Shown: in pieces, positions 30,539 through 41,613 of the stretch | How the letters are laid out: each line of letters begins with the position of its first letter | How positions within the stretch are numbered: position 1 is the stretch's first letter | Source: Chloropicon primus | Taxonomy: Eukaryota | Direction: 5' to 3' | DNA: 64,000 nt | NCBI GenBank assembly: GCA_023205875.1 | Contig: CP060755.1 | Coordinates: forward strand, 62,001 to 126,000 | Made by a program: the position numbers and the translations under genes | Notes under the pieces: generated by a model | What the model saw: the letters and a program-made list of their open reading frames with translations, nothing else | What the model was told of the DNA's origin: nothing | Databases searched by the model: none

Positions 30539-31163
30539 CTTGCCTTGTCTTTCACTTGTGTTGTTCTGCAGTAGTCCGCACGTTGACACTCAACCAAACC
30601 AAACCAGGGATGGTTGCGTTCCTCCCCGTGTCTTGTGCGTCAATCCCCTAAGGGTTCGCAGGTCGCAAGTCAAGCCTCGCGTCGTCTTCCTCGTCTTCGT
30701 CCTCGTCCCTCCGGGTGCTCAAGTCAAGCGCTCCCCAGATATCTTTGCTCCTTTGTGAACCGGCACAAACCCAAGAGCAAGGAAGCGAAGCTTGGGAAGA
30801 CCCCAAGAGAAGAATGCCAAGGGGGAGAAAAGGAAAGGAAAGGAAAAGGAAGAAAGAAGAGAGGACGAGAACGAGAGAACCACGCCACCCTGTCCTTCCA
30901 GGAAACAGTCCTGTATTTTCCTATCTTACAGGGGAGCCGCCACAAAGACTTTACAAAAGACGTATTCAGAACCCAAGGTACTACAGACTGTCCGTGGGGT
31001 TCATGCACCCGAGTGTACAAAATCGTACATCCAGTGTATACGTCTACGCGCGTAAAATTGGCGGGAAAGAGCACAGAGCGGCAGGAGCGACAGAGTGAGG
31101 CGACAGAGAGGGGGGAGGAAGGGGTTGGTGGTGGTGTTTTGAGGCGTCGAGGGGGAGGGAAAG

Positions 31164-32193
31164 ATGCCGGGGGGGACGTCAGCCTACCTCATGTTCGCGA
31201 ACGCGAACAGGAACGAGGTGCGAGAGGACTTGCTGAAAGCACAAGGAAGCGAGGGGAGTGGGAAGATAGGTATCGCTCAGGTGAGTCACCACGCCACGCG
31301 GAAGGGGGGACGCGGACGCGCGTCGTTCGGGGAACCTGGTGCCGTCGCGCGCGCGCTGGTTCGGTCGCGGCGTCCTGACTGCCCCTTTCTCGTCCGCTTT
31401 TGGTTGTTTCGACTCTTTTTTGCAGCTGGGGAAGGAGCTGGGTGCCAGGTGGAAGCGGCTGAGCGAGGAGGAGAAGGAGAGGTACAAGACTCTGGCCAAG
31501 GAGCAGAACGAGAGGAAAGCGGCGGAGAGGAAGGAATCTCCTGGCGGGGAGGCCGAGGATGGGCAAGGAAAGGGGGGGGTCCAAGCGAAGCCGCCGGGAC
31601 TTCCCACCGCCGTGGTGAAGCGCCTCGTGCTCTCCGACCCTGAACTGAAGCGGATATCGGCGCCCGCTCTGAACCTCGTCATAAACTCCGCCGAGAGGTT
31701 TATTGGCTTGATGACGCAGAGGTCGAGGGAGGTCGCCATCACGAGCGGAAAGAGAACGATTCGGATGCAGGACATCTTGGCGGTCGCGAGAGAGGGGGGG
31801 TGGAGGATGGCAGCCATCTTGGGTAAGTGGACGGGTTCTCCCGGGCGTCTGGCAGAGCGAGGGGCCGAAAAGAAGTCGAAGACCAGACCCTGACCCTGGT
31901 GTCCTCTGCATTTGTTTTTTTTCAGATCATTTGAAGGAAGTCTCTCCCCTGATTGAGGCGCAGGACGCCAAGCAGCAGGCGAACAGGTAGGGTATTTTGG
32001 GCGGAGCGAACCGCAATCGTTCCAACAAGCCCATCGGTGGATCCTGACGAGACTCGGTCTTTTCTTTTCCTCTGCCCGTGTTGTGTCTCTTAGTGCGAAC
32101 CCGGAGGCGGAGGCCGGGGCAAACCCGAAGGAGGATGCCAAGGCCGCTCCTGCGGTCCGACGCATCACGGAGTTTTTTGGCGGTGCACCTTGA
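31164..32193 (+). CDS. HMG-box plus histone-fold (Dpb3/POLE4/CHRAC1/NF-YC class) protein; introns 31281-31425, 31823-31925, 31987-32093
   Basis: SAYLMFANANR..LGKELGARWKRLSEEEKERY; LPTAVVKRLVLSDPE...AERFI..KRTI; all three introns GT-AG and frame-preserving. Confidence 0.82.
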
Positions 32194-33807
32194 GGCCAAG
32201 CAAATCCAAATCTAACCTTTCTTGTAATCATCAAACGTGTAACCTTTGTATGCCTTTTTTCTTTCCTTTTTCCAAGCCAGTGAAAAGTGTTCCTCTTCCT
32301 CTTGAAGCCACGAGGCCAGGGCCAGGCATGGCATGGCTGCCCCTCTGCCCCCCGAAGCCCACAACCTTTCCAAATGGACATTTCGCGAGCAAGAAGGTCC
32401 TGTGCGAGTTTGTGAGAAAAACCCTAGCCCCAAGTTGAGTGAGGGAAAATCCTTCCTCGCTTCGGGAAAAGACTCTTAAAAACAGACTTTTAAAAAGCTC
32501 AAGGGGGAAGAGGAGGGACCATCATGTGACTGGGGTGAAAAAGAGTTTGGTCTTGGTTTCGTCTTGCTTTGTCAAAGCAAGGGAGATGCAACACGAGAGA
32601 GAAAGAGCAAACTTCGCTGATGTCCAATTGTTTTTCATTTTTGATTGTTCTTTAGGTTATTCCTGCCTTGCTCTCTCTTCTCTCTCCCTCTTCTCCCCCT
32701 CTCTTCTCCCTCGACTTCGGTCGTTGTTTTACATACTCCAATGCTGATGATGGATTTTATTGTTGTGTCCTAGGACTAGGACAACAAAAAATCGTTTGCT
32801 TCTCTTCGTTCTTCGTTCGTCAAGAAAGAAAGAACGTCTTTTCTTTTCTTTTCTTTTCTTTTCTTTTCTTTTTCTTTTCTCCTGGGTGTGGGGGGGTGGT
32901 TCACTCTGCCTTGGTTTTCGTTGGGAACGGAGTCGGACGATTCGATGTCGGATGTCGGATGTCGTTGTCGTGTTAATATTCAGGTCTTGTTTTTTTTTTA
33001 TAGGCGCTCTCGCCTCGCGTGACCTCGGTCCTTCGGTCTTGGTCCAGTCCTCCTTCTCCTTCTCCTTCTCCTCTCCTTCTCCTTCTCCTTCTCCCTCTAC
33101 GACTAGAACTAGAAGGAGGAAAAAAAGTCTAAACCCTGTCCACACCAAGACTGGTCTTGTGGGGGGAGAAGGAGAAAAAAGACCCATCGCCCAACAAAGT
33201 CGTAGGGAGGGCCTGACCTAGGCGAACCAAGCAACGTTGCGAAAACCAAGCAGGAAAGAGTCGCCAAGGGCTTGACGACGAGGGAAGACCAAGCGAGGAC
33301 AACAGGTCAACACGCCTGCTGCATACGGACGGAAGGAATTTGCGTTGAGAACCGACGCGTCGAAGTTTTTTGGGGGGCGTTGGTCACCTAGGTAAGACCA
33401 TTGGACTCTCTTTTCACATTTTCCCCCGTAAAAGAAAGGGCTTGCTCGCACAGCAATGTCAAGGAAACGCCAAGGCAGGCGAGGTGGAAAAGGCGCTCGA
33501 AAGGACCGTGACTGACCCTTCCTCGTTCGGGAACGCGCTTGCGACTCTTTTCTTTCGTTTGACTCGCGACCAGGAATACGAGGGCTTCTGTGTTAGGCAA
33601 TGTGCAACCCATGACTCGCGCGCAGGAAGTGAGTACATAGAGAGCAAAGACAAAAGTTATACAACCCGCGGCGGTGCTTATTCGGGCCTATCTCTTTTGC
33701 ACGTCACACTTGGCACGGAGAGGGTGGGAGAGTAAAATCATAACACAGGAAGCGCAGTAAGAGTAACACACACACACACACACGAACACACATACAAGAA
33801 AACAAAG

Positions 33808-34965
33808 ATGGGTTGCGGTACAAGTAAGTCAGCGGGAGACGGGGAGCCACCACCACCAAAGAGGTCAGGACCAAGGCGCAAGCGTTTGACGGTCATCGAC
33901 GACGGGCAGAAGCACGACTTGCCTCCTGCCTCGGACGGACCTTCCGTGGGTTCTGATGTTGGACTGGTCGTCCATTACGCGGCCAATGATGTCGTTGTGG
34001 ACTGCAAGCTGAGCGACCAAGACCAGCAGTTCAAGTTGGACTACTGCGCCACTACCGCTGCTGGTATGGAGGGCGGCAACACAAAAGAGAACCAGGACTC
34101 TGTTAATATTGAGGACAATATTAAGGAAGAGAAGGGAATGATTTTCTTTGCCGTTTACGATGGCCACGGACAGTACGGAGCCAAGGCCTCCAGGTTCGTC
34201 AAGCAGAGAATGGTGCACAATATCTCCGAGGCCCCAGCCTTCGCCGAAGGAGACTACGTCAAGTCGTTGCATTATGCTTTCCACAAGACGAACTCTGACT
34301 TGAAGAGACAGAGAATTGACTTGGCCGCCACAGGCACGACTGGTTGCACCATCCTCATGGTCAGAGAGAAGATCTACATTGCGAACGTGGGTGACTCTCG
34401 TGCAGTGGCTGCGCTTGTAAACGAAGACGGGAAGATTGTTAAAGTAGATGCATTGTCCAGAGATCACAAGCCGACTATCCCTGCGGAGCAGGAGCGTATA
34501 GAGTCGTGCGGAGGTGTCGTTTGCCCAATAGAGATCGATGGGGAGACCTTTGGACCACCACGTGTCTGGATCAAGGGTCAGCAAGCACCAGGTCTGTGCA
34601 TGTCCCGTTCCCTTGGTGACGAGCTTGCTTCCTCTGTGGGTATAGTTTGCGATCCAGAGATCTCGGTGAGAAAGCTGGACAGTCTTAGAACGGCAAAGGA
34701 GCTTTGGATAGTGATTGGAAGTGACGGAATCTACGAGTTCATCTCCAACGAGGACATTTTGGCTATGGCAATAAAGAACGGCCCTGCCGTCAGAGACAGT
34801 GCTGCGTACATTATCAAGAAATCAAGGGCCGAGTGGCTCGATCAGGAGGAGGATGTTATCGACGACTGTTCCGCTGTTGTACTCAAGATGAGGCTAATCC
34901 GCAAGGAGGGAGGAGAGGAAGCTCCTGCAGAGGCCGTGTCCACTGAAATCGAGGAGAGCAAGTAA
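33808..34965 (+). CDS. PP2C/PPM Ser/Thr phosphatase with N-myristoylation/palmitoylation signal
   Basis: MGCGTSK; NQD, VYDGHG, GTT, ANVGDSRAV, DHKP, GLCMSRSLGD, GSDG, DD. Confidence 0.95.
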   Translation: MGCGTSKSAGDGEPPPPKRSGPRRKRLTVIDDGQKHDLPPASDGPSVGSDVGLVVHYAANDVVVDCKLSDQDQQFKLDYCATTAAGMEGGNTKENQDSVNIEDNIKEEKGMIFFAVYDGHGQYGAKASRFVKQRMVHNISEAPAFAEGDYVKSLHYAFHKTNSDLKRQRIDLAATGTTGCTILMVREKIYIANVGDSRAVAALVNEDGKIVKVDALSRDHKPTIPAEQERIESCGGVVCPIEIDGETFGPPRVWIKGQQAPGLCMSRSLGDELASSVGIVCDPEISVRKLDSLRTAKELWIVIGSDGIYEFISNEDILAMAIKNGPAVRDSAAYIIKKSRAEWLDQEEDVIDDCSAVVLKMRLIRKEGGEEAPAEAVSTEIEESK

Positions 34966-35086
34966 AAGGTGATTCTTCCTTGCCTGGCAGAAGATAGGAC
35001 ATATGAAGGACTATGAAAGAGAGTAGTTTATAACAAAAGAACTCACGGTACACCACCACCAACCCTCCCCGTCTCCTTTCTTTCTT

Positions 35087-35089
<3 letters not shown>

Positions 35090-35128
<39 letters not shown>

Positions 35129-35145
35129 TCTGTCTGTCTGTCTGT
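35090..35145. repeat. (TC)n/(TCTG)n microsatellite
   Basis: Seen directly. Confidence 0.9.
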
Positions 35146-35147
35146 CT

Positions 35148-36294
35148 TCACGGCATCGGCATCGGACCCGACTCTTCCCCCGCCACCGCGTCCTGCATCT
35201 TCACTTGGCCAGTCCCTATAAAAATCACAGCCTTCCTCGGCTTTCCCCAAATACCTCTGGCGTTGTTGGCCCTGTCGTCGCCCAGCAACGCAGCGAACTT
35301 ATTGAACGACTTGAGGTTCTTATTCGGCTGAAAGGTCGGGACCTCCGCGATCTCGGAAATGACGTCGAAGCCTTTGGTGACAGTCCCCAGCACCACGCTG
35401 CGGTCATTGAGGTCAGGGGCGGGGCCCGGACCCGTCGTGATGGCAAACTCAAGGTTAGCCAAATTCCTCCTCTCCATCTCCCTCTCCGACTTGTCGTCTT
35501 GCAGGTACAGGCTCACCGTCCCCGGCCTGAGCCCAGCCTGCAGGGCAAAAGCTTTCGAGGAAATGAGGTCCCCGTTCTCGCGGCTTATGGTCTCCGGCAT
35601 CTCAACCTCGCCATACTTCCTGGCTCCAGGCTTTCCCGCCAGAATGTACTGCCCTCTTAGTACCTTGTGGACGATCGTTTGGTCGAAGACTCCTTCCTCT
35701 ACCGCTTGGACAAAGTTTTTTACAGTTACAGGCACAAGGTTCCCGTACAGCCCGATCTCGATCCTACCGAGGTACTCGAGATCCTTTTCCGTGCAGAAGA
35801 TGTTCTTTGCTCCGAGCGTCCTGTTCTGATTCGTCGCCGTGGGGCACAAGCCAACATCAAAGTAAACTAAATCGTCATCCAACAAGGTGGTTGGATGGAT
35901 GTGGACGGATGAACGAAATGAACACAAACGAACACACAACGCATCCATCGCGTCAGCTCGTGGAAGGCCCAAACCAATCGTCGATCGAAGACCCCAGCTT
36001 ACCTGTGTTTGTGACCGCCAAGTCTTCCTCGGTCACCTGGACAGCCCTTGAGGGTGAAGTGACTAGAGCTGTCACTGCAGCTGCTGTCCCCACGAGTGCA
36101 GTGGCTCTCCTCCCCGTTCTCACGACACACCTCTCTTCCTCCCTCCCGCAAGAAGGTCCGGTCTCTTCCACGCCCTCCCCCTCAGCATGCACCCTCCCCT
36201 GGCGACGTCTCGGTCCAGCCCCCCTCCCCCCTTCCCTATAATACCTCGTGGCCCCCGGGCCCCCCGTCCTCGTTATCGACGCCACTCCCGCCAT
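35148..36294 (-). CDS. CYP28: Thylakoid-lumen cyclophilin (CYP28-like); intron 35867-36002
   Basis: Tat signal RRATAL..SRA; spliced VTNTVYFDVGLCP; LGRIEIGLYG..VP.TV.NF; FAITTGPGPAP.L. Confidence 0.85.
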
Positions 36295-36502
36295 CACCCC
36301 TCCCCGCAACGACGACCGACGGTGAGTGACGGTGACGATGACGGTGACGGTGACGATGTGTGTCCCTTGCCCTAGCAAGCGTGCTGCGCCCCGCTCCCCC
36401 CGCGACCTGGCCTGACCGCTCCGCTCCCGCCTTCTGCACGACGACGACGACGAGGACGACGAGGAGGAGACGAGAGAGATCGGATTGGCGAAGGAGGCGG
36501 CC

Positions 36503-37226
36503 ATGGCAGCGGCTTTGGATAACGAGAACCCCTTGGTGAGGGAGAGGGAGACGGTGGTGCGGAGGAAGGACGAGGGAGCCAACCGAGGGGCTCTGCTGGG
36601 GAACTACTTGGGGGACGGAGCGTACGCCGCGACGCTTCAAGAGGAAGAGGGGAGCGACGAAAGGGAACCCATCGATTCCATAGAAGTCTTCGAGCACATA
36701 AGAGACATAGCCGACCCAGGTAAGCAAGGGAAAGAGGGGGAGGGGTCCCTCCTCGTCGAGACAGGTCCATCCCCGCGCCTCCGGACGACGACGACCTTTT
36801 GTTCGCAGAGGAGGGGGCTTGAAGCTGACGGGGCGCTTTGTTTCTCTGTCTCTCTCTCTCTCTTCGCCGTGCTGCTGCGGTCGTCGCGATGGACCAGAGC
36901 ACCCGTACTCCCTGGAGCAGTTGGGGATCGTGTCGCACGAGGACATCAAGGTGGACGACGTGAAGGGCGTCATCGACGTCTACTTCACGCCGACCGTGGC
37001 GCACTGCTCCATGGCGACTTTGATAGGTTTGTGCATACGGGCAAAGATCATGCGAGTGTTGCCGTCAAGATTCAAGGTTAAGGTGGTCCTCTCCAAGGGG
37101 AGCCACAGCACGGAGGAGGCCGTGAACAAGCAGCTGAACGATAAGGAGAGGGTCCTGGCTGCTCTAGAAAACCCAAACCTCCTGCAGCTTGTGAACAAGT
37201 GCCTGGCGCCGACGGAGGCCGCTTGA
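36503..37226 (+). CDS. AE7: Cytosolic Fe-S assembly component CIA2/FAM96 (AE7); intron 36720-36897
   Basis: LDNENP; IRDIADPEHPYSLEQL, FTPTVAHCSMATLIGL, VNKQLNDKERVLAALEN. Confidence 0.95.
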
Positions 37227-38485
37227 GTAGTGGGATTTTGGGGAGGGAGGGGGGCAACACCAGGGGATGGGGCTCTCCCCTCTCGTTCCGCGTCCCGCGG
37301 GTTCGCGTCCCGTGGTGCGATCGCGCGCGCGCGCGCGTCAGTCCCGAGTGCTGCCGCCTAAAAGAAAAGTTTTGTTTGTGTGAGTGAAATAGAATAGAAG
37401 AGAAGGATTCTTTCTTCTGGGGATGTGGGCGGGAAGAGGGAAAAGAACCTTCCCGCCCCTTGTTTTGTCGCGATCAACCTCGAGAGTCCAGTCCGTCAGC
37501 GACATTGTTTGCGCGCGCAATACTGGTGCGCAACACTGGTCACTCGGGTCTGACCCCTGGCCCTCCTCCCCCCCATTGGAGTGCAATACACCCCCCTGGA
37601 AGCCGCGTCCTGTGAATCCGACCGTGATCCGAGCGAGGATGCCCTCCCCCTCGAAGTCCAGTCCAATCCTCTTGGCACCAGGCCTCGGCCTCGGCCCAAG
37701 CCGCTCGATGTGGTGGGTGTGTGCGCAACTCATGACATGACATGAGTCTAACCAAGCACCAGGCTCTGCGTCCGCATCACTCCGCGATCAGAGCACGCCC
37801 AGTCCCCAAACTCAAGCTCATTGGGGGACATCACGGGGCACTCAGACCCGTGGGGGACATCCCATCCGGAACACGAGCGAGCCCGTCGTAAGGTAAGCGT
37901 TCCTCGATTTTTGTTTTCGGTCAGTGACGCAAGGCACCGTTGCCTGGGGGCCTCGTCCTGGGGGAATGATCGCACCAAGATGCCTTTTGTACTGCGTAAA
38001 ATGTGATCGTTGATATCAAATGAAAAAAAAATGAAAACCCGAACGACAGACGGACAAAACAAAACCAGGAGATCACGACGAGGATAACAACGACGAGGAG
38101 GACAACGACAACGACGAGGAGCGAGGCGTCACGCAGGGGCTGGCTTCAGGGGGAAGAGAGCCCGTCTGTGGAGGTGCGTTTGCGTTTGCGTTTGCGTTTG
38201 CGTTTGTGTTTGGGTTGGGTTGGGTTGGGTTGTGTCTCTGTCTTGGTTTGCTGCTCTGAGACGGTGGACGACTGACTGGGGGAGGAGAGAAGGATTGGGG
38301 GAAGAGAAGGGGAGACTGTAGGGTTAGTCTTCTTTCAAAGGGAGGGGAAGGGAGGAGCCGCGCGAGTGTGCGTGTCTCGGTGTTGGGTTTCAGGGTGCGC
38401 ACTTGCTTCCGTCGTCGCGAGGACAGAAAGCGGTAAGACGACCGACTTTAGAGAGAGAGAGAGGAACAGCAAACGTGCCACTCGA

Positions 38486-39622
38486 ATGACTTCGAAGGAG
38501 AATGTGGCACCCCAACAGGGGCTCGAGTCGTGGAAGACGGGGGGCACCCACTTTGGCAAGGCGCCCGCAAGCGGTTTGAGCAAGAATGCGGTGAGCCAGG
38601 GGGCGCTGGGGCTGGGTTCCGGGATGGCCCCGCCCCCGCCGAGGCAGCCCTTGCAGGCCGGGAGCACGAACACTCCCCTGTCCGTCAGCGGAAGCGGTCA
38701 GGCCGTCAGCAAGGAGAGTGGCGACGTCGCTGGCAAGGGCAGAGGCAAAGTCCACTCGTCTTCCTCTTCCTACTCCGGGAACTCCTCCGCGGCGGAGAAG
38801 ACGACCGGCGCCCGGCGCTGGCAGCTGGAGGACTTTGACATAGGGAAGCCGCTCGGAAGGGGAAAGTTTGGAAACGTTTACCTCGCGCGAGAAAAGCAGT
38901 CCGGCTACATCGTCGCCCTCAAGGTCCTCTTCAAGAACCAGCTCCAGGTCTCGAACGTGGAGCACCAGCTGAGGCGCGAGATAGAGATCCAGTCTCACCT
39001 CAGGCACCCGAACATCTTGAGGCTCTACGGCTACTTTTACGACGAGACTAGGGTTTACCTGATTCTGGAGTTTGCTGCGAAAGGGGAGCTTTACAAGGAG
39101 CTGATGAAGTGCAAGTACTTCGACGAGCAGAGAACCGCGACGTATATCTCTTCTTTAGCCAGGGCCTTGGTGTACTGCCACGGCAAGCACGTGATCCATC
39201 GGGACATCAAGCCAGAGAACCTGCTCTTGGGCTTGCACGGCGAGCTGAAGATCGCTGACTTCGGGTGGTCGGTCCACGCCCCGAACAGCAGAAGGAAAAC
39301 CATGTGCGGCACTTTGGACTACTTGCCGCCGGAGATGGTCGAGGGCAGGCCCCACGACTCCACCGTGGACGTGTGGAGCTTGGGAGTGCTGTGCTACGAG
39401 TTCCTTTTCGGCATCGCCCCCTTCGAGGCGGCGGGCCACTCGGAGACCTACAAGAGAATCCTTCAGGTTGACTTGAGGTTTCCTTCGCACCACCAAGTCA
39501 GCGACGGGGCGAAGGACCTCATCAAGAAGCTCTTGATGAAGGATCCAAACCAGAGGATGAGCCTCGAGAAGATTTTCAGCCACCCTTGGATTGTTCAGAA
39601 CGCGAACAAGGGCAGCTTCTGA
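38486..39622 (+). CDS. AUR: Aurora kinase
   Basis: KEN box; [66 protein letters not shown]. Confidence 0.97.
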   Translation: MTSKENVAPQQGLESWKTGGTHFGKAPASGLSKNAVSQGALGLGSGMAPPPPRQPLQAGSTNTPLSVSGSGQAVSKESGDVAGKGRGKVHSSSSSYSGNSSAAEKTTGARRWQLEDFDIGKPLGRGKFGNVYLAREKQSGYIVALKVLFKNQLQVSNVEHQLRREIEIQSHLRHPNILRLYGYFYDETRVYLILEFAAKGELYKELMKCKYFDEQRTATYISSLARALVYCHGKHVIHRDIKPENLLLGLHGELKIADFGWSVHAPNSRRKTMCGTLDYLPPEMVEGRPHDSTVDVWSLGVLCYEFLFGIAPFEAAGHSETYKRILQVDLRFPSHHQVSDGAKDLIKKLLMKDPNQRMSLEKIFSHPWIVQNANKGSF

Positions 39623-39791
39623 GGTTCAGCAGCAAAGTTACAAAAGATATGCGAAAGCTGTGCTAGGGGCATAGCACACGAATACATGGCCTTAACTCCA
39701 AGAGAAGGATGTGATATAACATGATATTACTTATTATTTTTGAGGTGTCGTCCAGGCCCCCAGCACCCCTTTGCTTGGCACCCCTCCTCTC

Positions 39792-41450
39792 CTAGTCTTC
39801 CTTCGCCTCCTCCTCAGGCATGGGAAGAGATACGTCGCTCACTTCCTCCAAGTCCTTCTTCTGCTCCTCCTCCTTCTGCTCCTCCTCCTTCTGCTCCTCC
39901 TCCTTCTGCTCCTCCTCCTTCTGCTCCTCCTCCTTCTGCTCCTTCTTCTTCTGCTCCGCCTGCGCCTCCGCTTGCCTCTCTCTCGCCCTCTCCGCGGCCT
40001 CCTCGATGGCCCTCTTCTCGCAGTCACTCGACCTGTCGTGACGGAGAACCTCTGCCGTCATGGTGCCGGCAAGAATGTAGCCCCCCGTCGCTCCTGTGAT
40101 CATGTTCATGTGAGGGTGTGTCCTGCCCGGAAGAACCTGGTGCTCCCTCCAAAAGGTCTCCGACAGCTGCATGCCGACGGCGAGTTTGGCCTTGTGCAGG
40201 AACAACCTGCAGTCGGCGAGAGGCTGGAGCCAGGGGGAGAATATCGCAAAAGATGCCGAGGGGGCGAGGATGCACGCAAGTTTGTCGATCAAACTCTCTG
40301 GCGAGTACGAGGGTGCCGCCAGAATCAGGCTGGAGAAACCCGAACGGACCAGCTCCACCATTTGTTCCCTCGAAGCTTTCCTCGGGAAGTAGAACTTCCT
40401 TTTTTGGTGCTCGCCACCGTCCGCGGCGTTGTCCCCGTGCGTCCCATTCTCTCTCTTTTGCTTCTTCCCAGGCCTCTCCGACGACTCGACTTCCTTGCCG
40501 TTGGCTTCCGCATCTGCCTCCACGCTTCCTCGGTCGGAGGTCCCTACCCCTTCGGCCCTTTCCTCTTCCACGCCAGCCTTCGCTTCCGCGGCTTTTGCTT
40601 CGATCAACTCCCCCATGGTAGCGAAGGTCGCCCCAGAGATGATTTCTTCCTCAAAGTTGAAGTACTTCACGATCTCCATCGACGGTCCCTTGGTCTTGAC
40701 GTGGTGGTGCTTGTTCGCGCCCCCGTCAACCTCGAGGAGCTTCTCCTTTGTGTCCAAGTACGGGCTGATGGCACAAACCTCCCCGTGGCCACCCATCCTT
40801 TCCAGAACAGACCCCAGGACCAAGCCGTTGGACTCCTCCAGCACCAAGGTCCTGCCGTGGGCCCTCACGTTCGCGAAAGACAAGAGCAGGCTCACCGTGT
40901 CCACCCTCAAGCCACAGATCCTCTGAGGCGATTTCTTAAAGTAGGCCTCGCAGACGAGTTGGGAGCACGGCCTGCAGAGAACGAAAGCGACGCAGTGCTT
41001 CTTTTGCTTCTTCCTCTTGTACTTCTCCTGCGAGAACTCCGTCTTGCCCTCGAAAGTCGCGCTGTTCTCGACCAGCTTCTCGATCAGGTCCCCGCCAGAG
41101 ATGCCCTCCGACTTGAGCTTCTCTATCTCCTCGTGCGACAGCTTCTGCGCCGTGCCGTCGTCGACCAGGTTGGCGTTGTTCCTCTCGGTCTTCGTCGTGT
41201 TGAAGCTCCCGTTGAGCACCGAAAGGGTCTCCTTCGAGCCCACCTTGAAGTGCTTCCCGTCTGCAGACACCTCGAAGATGGTGCCGTACGCGTGGCCCAG
41301 GAGAGGATACACGTTAAGGTAGCCCCGCTTGCTCAACTTCACCTTGGTCTTCCTCGTCACGTGAGTCACCACTAGCCGCTCGCCATTGTTCACGTCGAGG
41401 ACCACGTGGTCCCCCTCGCAAACAACCCCCTCGCTCGTCGTCATCGTCAT
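39792..41450 (-). CDS. TRM6: tRNA m1A58 methyltransferase non-catalytic subunit (Gcd10/TRM6)
   Basis: DDGTAQKLS.EEI, NSATF..KTEFSQEKY..KK..K, LRVDT, RE.QVLPGRTHP.M...GGYIL. Confidence 0.95.
   Translation of the reverse strand: MTMTTSEGVVCEGDHVVLDVNNGERLVVTHVTRKTKVKLSKRGYLNVYPLLGHAYGTIFEVSADGKHFKVGSKETLSVLNGSFNTTKTERNNANLVDDGTAQKLSHEEIEKLKSEGISGGDLIEKLVENSATFEGKTEFSQEKYKRKKQKKHCVAFVLCRPCSQLVCEAYFKKSPQRICGLRVDTVSLLLSFANVRAHGRTLVLEESNGLVLGSVLERMGGHGEVCAISPYLDTKEKLLEVDGGANKHHHVKTKGPSMEIVKYFNFEEEIISGATFATMGELIEAKAAEAKAGVEEERAEGVGTSDRGSVEADAEANGKEVESSERPGKKQKRENGTHGDNAADGGEHQKRKFYFPRKASREQMVELVRSGFSSLILAAPSYSPESLIDKLACILAPSASFAIFSPWLQPLADCRLFLHKAKLAVGMQLSETFWREHQVLPGRTHPHMNMITGATGGYILAGTMTAEVLRHDRSSDCEKRAIEEAAERARERQAEAQAEQKKKEQKEEEQKEEEQKEEEQKEEEQKEEEQKKDLEEVSDVSLPMPEEEAKED
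39853..39955 (-). repeat. 15-bp coding tandem repeat encoding (KEEEQ)n at the TRM6 C-terminus
   Basis: About 5-6 copies of ccttctgctcctcct. Confidence 0.9.
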
Positions 41451-41613
41451 CGTCGTGTTCGTGTTGTGGCCCCGACAGAAGCCGCCGGCCTGAAAATGGG
41501 GCAATTCTCAATTCTCAAAGGCCAAAAGTCTGCAAGGGGAGGGGACTCACTCGAGAAAGTCAATCAATCGATCTATATCTACAGCAGAACAATGTGGGTT
41601 TAGGGTGGGTCGG

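Noticed and set aside
33808..34965. Lower GC3 in PP2C as a sign of horizontal transfer
   Set aside because: The protein is eukaryotic in type (MGC acylation signal), and similar GC3 drops occur inside other genes here such as DDL and GCNA
37338..37733. 131-aa minus-strand ORF
   Set aside because: No recognisable domain and codon usage unlike neighbouring genes
37578..37897. U1 snRNA-like words on the minus strand (CTTACCT, GATCACG, ATTGCACTCC)
   Set aside because: Spread over about 320 nt, far from canonical U1 spacing, with no Sm site; CTTACCT is simply the complement of a splice donor
39853..39955. Regular repeat array as a possible CRISPR or mobile element
   Set aside because: No spacers; it is an in-frame KEEEQ coding repeat in a eukaryotic gene
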